Source: an uncultured Gammaproteobacteria bacterium
GTDB lineage: Bacteria > Patescibacteriota > Patescibacteriia > Magasanikbacterales > GWA2-37-8
DNA length: 64,000 nt
Assembly (NCBI GenBank): GCA_964536615.1
Contig: CAZHYG010000001.1
Span: 70,200 to 134,199, forward strand
Direction of reading: 5' to 3'
Shown here piece by piece: positions 57,671-64,000 of this stretch (position 1 is the first letter of the stretch; each line of letters starts with the position of its first letter). A program made the position numbers and the translations under genes. Below the pieces are notes generated by a model, which did no database searches, was not told where the DNA came from, and saw nothing but the letters and a program-made list of their open reading frames with translations.

Positions 57671-59749
57671 CTAGTCTAGCTTCACAATAGTGTGAGGTGG
57701 AATTTTGCCTGAAATAACGCCTGTTTGAGGCGAAGATACAGCTTTATTATCTGGTCTTATCGGATCATAACCTTTTAAATCAGGCACCTGATACGCAGCA
57801 GGCTCGTTAACCAAATTGGAACGCTCATACTCAGATGCTGTAGGTTCTTCTAGCTTCATTGGTGTAATTTGCGGTTCAGCAACAACCACGGCATTTTGAA
57901 CCTCCTCTTCCCGCATATCAGGCACGTCTTTTTTTACCGCTTGTTTGTTTGTCTGCATTGCTTGTGACAGGCTAATGCCTTTTTGACCGGCATCTACCAA
58001 TAAAATCGGACTGCCTTGTCCAAGATCAGGTTTCTTTTTTTGATTTTGATTATTATGATGTTGATTTGATTTATTTTTATCTCCGGATGGTTTTGGCGCG
58101 GATGGCTGGCTCTTTCTTTCTTCCGGCTTCTTTTGAGCAGATTGCGGTTGCTGGCCTGGTGTTTTCTCAGCAGGCTTTTTATTTTTATCTCCGGATGGTT
58201 TTGAATTGTTTTGATTTTGCTTATCTTGAGCCGGTTTTTTTTCTGGTGTAAAAATTTTTACCGGCATACCTTCTTCATCTTCGGCATACTCTTCATCATC
58301 ATCTTTTTTTACTTTTTTCTCTGGCATAACATCAATATCTTCGGCACCTCCGTCGCCCTCTTCGTCATCATCAGGTCCACCTGATCCGCCAGCATCCATA
58401 CCTGTCCAACGAATAATTTTATCTTCAATGTTGGCACGGCTGGTTGCATATCGTTCACGAGATACGCGCACCACTTTATCAAAACTGCCTGTAGATAAAT
58501 TGATTGGCGACAAAGTATTAGCAGAAAATGGCTGCGAAGCCACGCCATCAATCATGAGTTTGAGATAAATTTGAAATTTTGTAAGATTCACCAAGTCGGT
58601 TTCCACAAAAGTTGGAGCAAATTCTTTTGCCAAAATTTCAGCATCGGTAGAACCTACTCTAAATGTTACCAGCGTACCAACGTTACCGATTACCGCTGCC
58701 AACACATTCTCATCAAGCTGTTCCATATATTGATGCGCCATAATGAGATCCAGGCGATATTTGCGGGCTTCAGACAAAATGTTTGAAAAACTTTCCGTGG
58801 CAAAGTTTTGAAATTCGTCTACATACAAAAAGAAGTCTTTACGATCTTTTTCAGCGGTATCAACGCGTTCCATGGCTGCTAGCTGAATTTTGGTAATTAA
58901 CATACCGCCCAGCAAACGAGAGTTGTCTTCACCAATTCTACCTTTGGAAAGATTCATGATAAAAATCTTTCGGCTATCCATAATCTCGCGAATGTTGATG
59001 CGCGAGCGAACCTGCGCCACAATATTGCGAATAACTGACGCAGACAAAAATTGACCGATCTTATTTTGCAGCGGCGCAACGGCTTCCTGTTTATAGCGGT
59101 CGTTATATCCGGCAAATTCTGTTTCCCAGAACGCGCGAATTACCGGATCTTTTAAATTGCGCACCACTCGCTTACGGTATGTTTCATCCGCTAACAACCG
59201 ATTAATGCCGAGCAGTGTGGTGTTTGGATATTCTATAAGCGCCAGCAATGTATTGTTTAAGATGTATTCCATGCGCGAACTCCATACATCCGGCCATATT
59301 TTTTTAAATACACCCATCAAACCCGCGGCAACCAAATGGCGATAGCGCGGATCAATTGTTTCTAAAATATTAAAACCAATCGGAAATTCCATGTCCGCCG
59401 GATTAAAATACACAACATCATTTATACGGTGCGGTGGAATATAATCTATAATTTTTTCCGCAAAGTCGCCATGCGGATCTACCACGCCCACTCCATGGCC
59501 GGCATAAATATCGTTAAGCACCATGTTTTCCAGCAACGTTGTCTTGCCCATGCCGGTCTTACCTACTACATACATGTGGCGGCGGCGATCATCCAGTTTT
59601 ATGCCAAATTTACGGTTGCTATTGCGAAAATTAGTAGACGCAAAAAAATTAATATCGGAATTACCGGCTATGTTTTCATTTTTGGCTTTATTTTCATCAT
59701 GATGGTCGCTGCTGCCATGACCAGCATCATGTGAATCATGATTGCTCAT
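57671..59749 (-). CDS. TraD/VirD4/HerA-like ATPase (type IV secretion DNA-binding domain) with a low-complexity C-terminus
   Basis: DRRRHMYVVGKTGMGKT, DPHGD, LYVDEFQNF, EARKY, HQY. Confidence 0.88.
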   Translation of the reverse strand: MSNHDSHDAGHGSSDHHDENKAKNENIAGNSDINFFASTNFRNSNRKFGIKLDDRRRHMYVVGKTGMGKTTLLENMVLNDIYAGHGVGVVDPHGDFAEKIIDYIPPHRINDVVYFNPADMEFPIGFNILETIDPRYRHLVAAGLMGVFKKIWPDVWSSRMEYILNNTLLALIEYPNTTLLGINRLLADETYRKRVVRNLKDPVIRAFWETEFAGYNDRYKQEAVAPLQNKIGQFLSASVIRNIVAQVRSRINIREIMDSRKIFIMNLSKGRIGEDNSRLLGGMLITKIQLAAMERVDTAEKDRKDFFLYVDEFQNFATESFSNILSEARKYRLDLIMAHQYMEQLDENVLAAVIGNVGTLVTFRVGSTDAEILAKEFAPTFVETDLVNLTKFQIYLKLMIDGVASQPFSANTLSPINLSTGSFDKVVRVSRERYATSRANIEDKIIRWTGMDAGGSGGPDDDEEGDGGAEDIDVMPEKKVKKDDDEEYAEDEEGMPVKIFTPEKKPAQDKQNQNNSKPSGDKNKKPAEKTPGQQPQSAQKKPEERKSQPSAPKPSGDKNKSNQHHNNQNQKKKPDLGQGSPILLVDAGQKGISLSQAMQTNKQAVKKDVPDMREEEVQNAVVVAEPQITPMKLEEPTASEYERSNLVNEPAAYQVPDLKGYDPIRPDNKAVSSPQTGVISGKIPPHTIVKLD
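58070..58203. repeat. 26-bp direct repeat in the ATPase tail
   Basis: TTTATTTTTATCTCCGGATGGTTTTG at 58070-58095 and 58178-58203 (KPSGDKNK twice). Confidence 0.85.
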
Positions 59750-59814
59750 ACAAAAAATATCTTACTGCTACAGTATAACATACCCACAGCATACAGTACA
59801 ACGAACTGAAATGG

Positions 59815-60348
59815 TTACGCGTGATTTCGCACCATATCACGCACCAATGTCCACGCTGCCAAAACTTGACCGTCCCAAATGTCGCCGCGTTTTATCATTT
59901 CCTCAAACTCATCAACACGGCGCACTAACACTTCGGTTTGCTCGTACGCATTTACAACCGGCTGTGCCACCAACGAGAGATCATGGGCAATAAATACATG
60001 AGATTCATCTTTAACTACACCGATGTCTGGTTCGAAACAACCAACTTTAATAAGATTGTCTGCGGTATACCCCGTTTCTTCACACAACTCGCGCAACGCA
60101 CCTTCTGCCGGTGTTTCTCCAGCACCAATGCCGCCACCAGGAAATTCTACACTATATCGATCCGATAAATATCGATATTGGCGCACCAACACCAGCCGAC
60201 CATCATCTAAAATCGGCACCACTAGCGCATTACCGCTAGTTTCAATATAACAATACTCGCCTGGTGAACCATCTGATCTAGTTATCTGATCTTTTTTATA
60301 TTCCCACCATGGATTTTTGTGAATAGTTTCCGAAGAAATTTTGCGCAT
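59815..60348 (-). CDS. Nudix hydrolase (ADP-ribose pyrophosphatase-like)
   Basis: LVRQYRY, EFPGG...ALRELCEETGY. Confidence 0.9.
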   Translation of the reverse strand: MRKISSETIHKNPWWEYKKDQITRSDGSPGEYCYIETSGNALVVPILDDGRLVLVRQYRYLSDRYSVEFPGGGIGAGETPAEGALRELCEETGYTADNLIKVGCFEPDIGVVKDESHVFIAHDLSLVAQPVVNAYEQTEVLVRRVDEFEEMIKRGDIWDGQVLAAWTLVRDMVRNHA

Positions 60349-60357
60349 ATATTATGA

Positions 60358-60765
60358 TTATGAAAATAATTGCGCTACCTGCTTCGGATCTGCATCTGCG
60401 CCATGACTGCGCACAATTGAGTGCATGCTGCCTCCTCCGTCTTTTTCCCAGCGCGGAATGATATGCCAGTGCATATGCGCCACTGCTTGACCCGCCGCCG
60501 ATCCATTATTGATACCAATATTCATAGCGTCCGGATTGATAACTGAACGGACTTTGCCAGCAGCGCTTTGCACGCCCGCCGCCACGCGCATAAAATCTTC
60601 GGTGGAAATATCCCACAAAGACGCACAGTGTTTTTTTGGCACTACCACCGTATGCCCTTTAGCGCACGGAAAAATATCTAAAAACGCCAGTACATGCTCA
60701 TCTTCATATACGGTGTAATTTGGAATTTCTCCAGCAACGATTTTACAAAATAGGCAGTCTTGCAT
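60358..60765 (-). CDS. HIT family nucleotide hydrolase
   Basis: DCLFCKI, AGQAVAHMHWHIIPR. Confidence 0.95.
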   Translation of the reverse strand: MQDCLFCKIVAGEIPNYTVYEDEHVLAFLDIFPCAKGHTVVVPKKHCASLWDISTEDFMRVAAGVQSAAGKVRSVINPDAMNIGINNGSAAGQAVAHMHWHIIPRWEKDGGGSMHSIVRSHGADADPKQVAQLFS

Positions 60766-60771
60766 ATTAAA

Positions 60772-61797
60772 TTATTGTTGTTTTAAAATTTTATCTACTA
60801 AGAAAAATAATGCTTGCGATGTAGGAACAACCAAATCAGGGCCGGGTAATCCATGTTTTTTTTGACCACCAAAAACCTGATCAATCTTTAAAAGTGCAGG
60901 CAATACATACGTTGCGTTATTTTGAGAATCAAAAATTCTTCTTGGACGAATATCACCTTCAATATCTTTTGGCTGCAACAGCAGTCGCTGTTTTGTATTC
61001 TCAGCGTGGCGATCAACAATATCAGTGCTTTTTAGGCGGGTTGAGCCAAAAAACAAAACATTAACCGTCGCAACATCTGGATTTTTCGCCACACCCAGTG
61101 AAATCATATTTGTGATATCATCTTCTTTAACACCTATTTCTTCTTGAATTTCTCTGCGCATCGCCTGAAATGGATTTATTTTACCATTTACATCGCAATC
61201 GGTGTCATCAACATAGCCAGAAGGCACATGCCAAGCCTCCCCATACGTACCCACTTTATCAGGATGTCGTTTTGCAATAAGTATCCGATTATCTGCGGTA
61301 AGAATCAGGCCGTCAACAGAAAGCGGGGCTGGTTGAAAAAGTTTTTTAAATTTTTCAAATGGAATTGCTTCTTCTGAAAAATTTTGGCAATAAGCTGCAT
61401 ACGCACTCCGCAAACCCTCTTCTCGACCAAGTGCCATAATTTTACCATAGCTTGCAATACCATTTTCAATAAAAATCTCGCAATTTTCACCTGATAACTC
61501 AACGCGAGAAACATGTAATTTAGGATTATCAACAATAGGACGTTTTTGCTGAGCAGCAAGTATTTTATTTTTTTCTTCAATAAAATTATTTACATATTGA
61601 TCAATAAACAATTTTGCATCTAATTCTTGGGGCAAGAGTTTGGTTTCTACAGATTCAATAACATTCATCTGCGATTCAGAAAAATTTCCAGCTACCAACA
61701 GACCAAATCTTTTACGCTCCTCTTCAGTTATTTTAGCAAAATTTTTTTCTGAAATAGTAAACGGGTTTTCTTTTCTTAAAAAATGTTGGCGTTCCAT
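60772..61797 (-). CDS. Nudix-domain protein
   Basis: HVPSGYVD...AMRREIQEEIGV with an insertion in the Nudix box. Confidence 0.7.
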   Translation of the reverse strand: MERQHFLRKENPFTISEKNFAKITEEERKRFGLLVAGNFSESQMNVIESVETKLLPQELDAKLFIDQYVNNFIEEKNKILAAQQKRPIVDNPKLHVSRVELSGENCEIFIENGIASYGKIMALGREEGLRSAYAAYCQNFSEEAIPFEKFKKLFQPAPLSVDGLILTADNRILIAKRHPDKVGTYGEAWHVPSGYVDDTDCDVNGKINPFQAMRREIQEEIGVKEDDITNMISLGVAKNPDVATVNVLFFGSTRLKSTDIVDRHAENTKQRLLLQPKDIEGDIRPRRIFDSQNNATYVLPALLKIDQVFGGQKKHGLPGPDLVVPTSQALFFLVDKILKQQ

Positions 61798-61809
61798 ATG
61801 TATAAAATA

Positions 61810-63891
61810 TCACTTAGTTAGAGGAAGTTTAGCTACAGATATAGTATTAAAATTTTTTGAATTACCTAGCCTTTGGTTCTGCATAACCGCCTTTGGAGCC
61901 ACCAACCAGCAATGATCAGAGTTAATTAACGCGCCAATATCGCTCGACAGCTTAATATCAAAATCGCTGCTAAGCCGACTTAAAAATCGCACACGTTCCA
62001 ACTGTCCAAAATTTGCATCAATAGGAAAACCGCCGCCAATAATATTTTTTGATGATATTGCCTCTAACGCGAGCAGAGGATACACATCAGCTAAAACGCA
62101 AGGAGTTGATTGGTTTTTTTCTTGGCTCCAAATGTATTGCATAGCTTGGTACTGATCATCACTTAGTGTGTTCGAATCAGGTCCGAGCGAATACGATCCT
62201 GTTATAGCAAATGAAAACAAGCAAACTGCTACGACAAAAATTACAGACCGATGTTTCAGATGTTTCAATAATGAATTTAGACCATAAAAACAAAGCAGCA
62301 CCAACACTAAAGCAGCTAAACTATCTAAGCGCCGTGATAAAACATGATTACCTATCAAAAAATAGTTAGAAATTTCATAGCCCCCCAATACAACCGATGC
62401 CGCCAACAAAAACCACACACCTAATTTATTTTTATGCCACAATATTTGCCTTGTACCATAGACAGCGGAAAGAAAAACAGCAAGCATAGCTACTACAACC
62501 CACCAGCGCCATGCAATAAAAATATTTGAAATAAAGGCGTTAGACGGCACTTGATTAAAAATAATATTTCCGAACGAAATATCATGCAATCTTGGACCAG
62601 AGGCTAAATATATACCTAAAAAATTTCCCGCACTCTGCTTAACCTGGTCTAACCAGTTAAGATTAAGATCAACATAACTATACCCCACAATCACTTCTAT
62701 TACAGGAATTACCAATATCGCTAAAGCTATCGCGCCTAAAACCAAAAACCAACTAAACGCATGTCGTGCTGAGATATAAGCAATTAATTCCGCCGCTAGC
62801 CAAAGTATCCAAAATAATAAAGCATACAAACTATATCCGCACAGCATGCCAAGACCATAAAAAGCCAACAATAATATCTGACCCGAAACAGATTGTTTAA
62901 ACATTCTTTGTACAATTAATACAAATCCAAATAAAAATATCAAAAAACCAAAATTAACCGGCAGCGAAAACGAACCGGCGGCATGCCATGCAAATGGAAG
63001 CAAGCCGAGCCAAGAAAAAAACAACGACTTTTTTTCATTCCACCCGAACAGCAAGCCGATTTCAAACAGCAGCAGCGGAAATACCAGCGACCAGAGAACC
63101 GGCAAAAACCATTTGGTTATTGCAATCAAGTCAGTATTAAAAATTTGCGCCAACATAATACTGGCTGCCCAAAAATTTCCATAGGACAGCTGTCCGATTT
63201 TTGATTGAAAATTTTCCATTACCGATGAGCTGCGTTCGCCTACACCGGCAAGCTGCGGCTGCAGAAATTTTTTGCCTTCTAAAAATCTTTGCTCGTTAGC
63301 GATATGCCGCCAGCCATCCGCACCGTAGATAAACTTATGCGACATCGGCAGATAGCTGTGCAGTAAAAATGTTTGCAGGATTAAAAAAAATAGAAGTATT
63401 TTTGTTTTTAGCGAGGAAAAGATAAGCAGGCCAAGAGTAAAGGTGGCAATAAAAAAAACATATATATAAAACGGAGATATGGTCTGCCATGGAGCCAGAA
63501 TCGCATCGCCGGAACGAGATTGAGAAAGCAGAATAAATCCATAGATTAGGCATGCAAAAAACACAACAATGCCAAACACGGTCCACGCACCCACCTTCAT
63601 AGCATTATCAGATTTCGCAATACCTGCATCCTGGCTATGACTATTTTTTTTATAACGCAAAGCCGGAACATACAGCAGTCCATTAAGCGCAAGCACGCTG
63701 GCAAATGTAACCGGCTGCCAGGTGAAAAAAATCAGCGCCAAACCGCCAAGCCAGCTGGCTGTTATGCCTACCAAGAACATGCCTAGTATAAAAGTAGAAA
63801 AATTTTTTGCAAAGTTAAAAAAATGCCTAAGCAATAAAGCGGCGAGCTGGCCGAATATAAAGAAATAAATTAACAAAATAACTATCAGCAT
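61810..63891 (-). CDS. large polytopic membrane protein (possible GT-C glycosyltransferase)
   Basis: More than 12 TM segments, GADGWRH loop motif, C-terminal soluble domain. Confidence 0.6.
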   Translation of the reverse strand: MLIVILLIYFFIFGQLAALLLRHFFNFAKNFSTFILGMFLVGITASWLGGLALIFFTWQPVTFASVLALNGLLYVPALRYKKNSHSQDAGIAKSDNAMKVGAWTVFGIVVFFACLIYGFILLSQSRSGDAILAPWQTISPFYIYVFFIATFTLGLLIFSSLKTKILLFFLILQTFLLHSYLPMSHKFIYGADGWRHIANEQRFLEGKKFLQPQLAGVGERSSSVMENFQSKIGQLSYGNFWAASIMLAQIFNTDLIAITKWFLPVLWSLVFPLLLFEIGLLFGWNEKKSLFFSWLGLLPFAWHAAGSFSLPVNFGFLIFLFGFVLIVQRMFKQSVSGQILLLAFYGLGMLCGYSLYALLFWILWLAAELIAYISARHAFSWFLVLGAIALAILVIPVIEVIVGYSYVDLNLNWLDQVKQSAGNFLGIYLASGPRLHDISFGNIIFNQVPSNAFISNIFIAWRWWVVVAMLAVFLSAVYGTRQILWHKNKLGVWFLLAASVVLGGYEISNYFLIGNHVLSRRLDSLAALVLVLLCFYGLNSLLKHLKHRSVIFVVAVCLFSFAITGSYSLGPDSNTLSDDQYQAMQYIWSQEKNQSTPCVLADVYPLLALEAISSKNIIGGGFPIDANFGQLERVRFLSRLSSDFDIKLSSDIGALINSDHCWLVAPKAVMQNQRLGNSKNFNTISVAKLPLTK

Positions 63892-64000
63892 AGAATAAGA
63901 CAATTACCTTAAGTATATAGAAGAAACTAAAAACAAACAACTCACATCTTATCCCCTACCCACCCACAGAAAAAGGCATATTTTTCTTGCCAAAAAAAAC

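Noticed and set aside
1-64000. Alternative genetic code (UGA = Gly, code 25)
   Set aside because: Long conserved genes are intact under code 11 and TGA ends several genes (26290, 41649, 61810)
1-64000. CRISPR arrays, tRNA/rRNA genes, transposases, prophage genes
   Set aside because: No spaced repeat array, cloverleaf or recognisable motifs seen by eye; a tRNAscan/Infernal run would be needed to exclude them fully
63904-64000. Possible 3' end of a minus-strand gene at the window edge
   Set aside because: Too short to choose a frame or product

Overview
Gene-dense, AT-rich bacterial chromosome segment using genetic code 11. Gene content (short AlaS, RpoA without alpha-CTD, degenerate PriA, TraD-like ATPase, CxxC-x17-CxxC protein, many ORFans) suggests a Patescibacteria/CPR (Parcubacteria-like) genome; the taxonomy is an inference. 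About 67 CDS: a UvrD-nuclease fusion, mreBCD-mrdA, lysS/serS/gltX/alaS, a single Xer recombinase, a 2-oxoacid oxidoreductase/flavodoxin/ADP-forming acetyl-CoA synthetase operon, clpB, priA-def-fmt, a small accessory block (PIF1, GIY-YIG, ArfB, DpnA-like methylase plus small nuclease, MazG-like), glycosylation genes and the infA-rpmJ-alpha-rplM-rpsI operon. No rRNA, tRNA, CRISPR array or transposase was recognised. Main signals: (1) 63 of 65 assigned start codons are preceded by T and Shine-Dalgarno motifs are essentially absent, with infA as one of only two exceptions; (2) a palindromic 11-6-11 dif-like site at 13674-13701, where gene orientation flips, with a matching half-site over the promoter of the nearby xer gene; (3) a GC-rich, SD-led foreign-looking cassette beside that site; (4) long GU-containing RNA hairpins, notably between infA and rpmJ. 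All counts and structures were done by eye.
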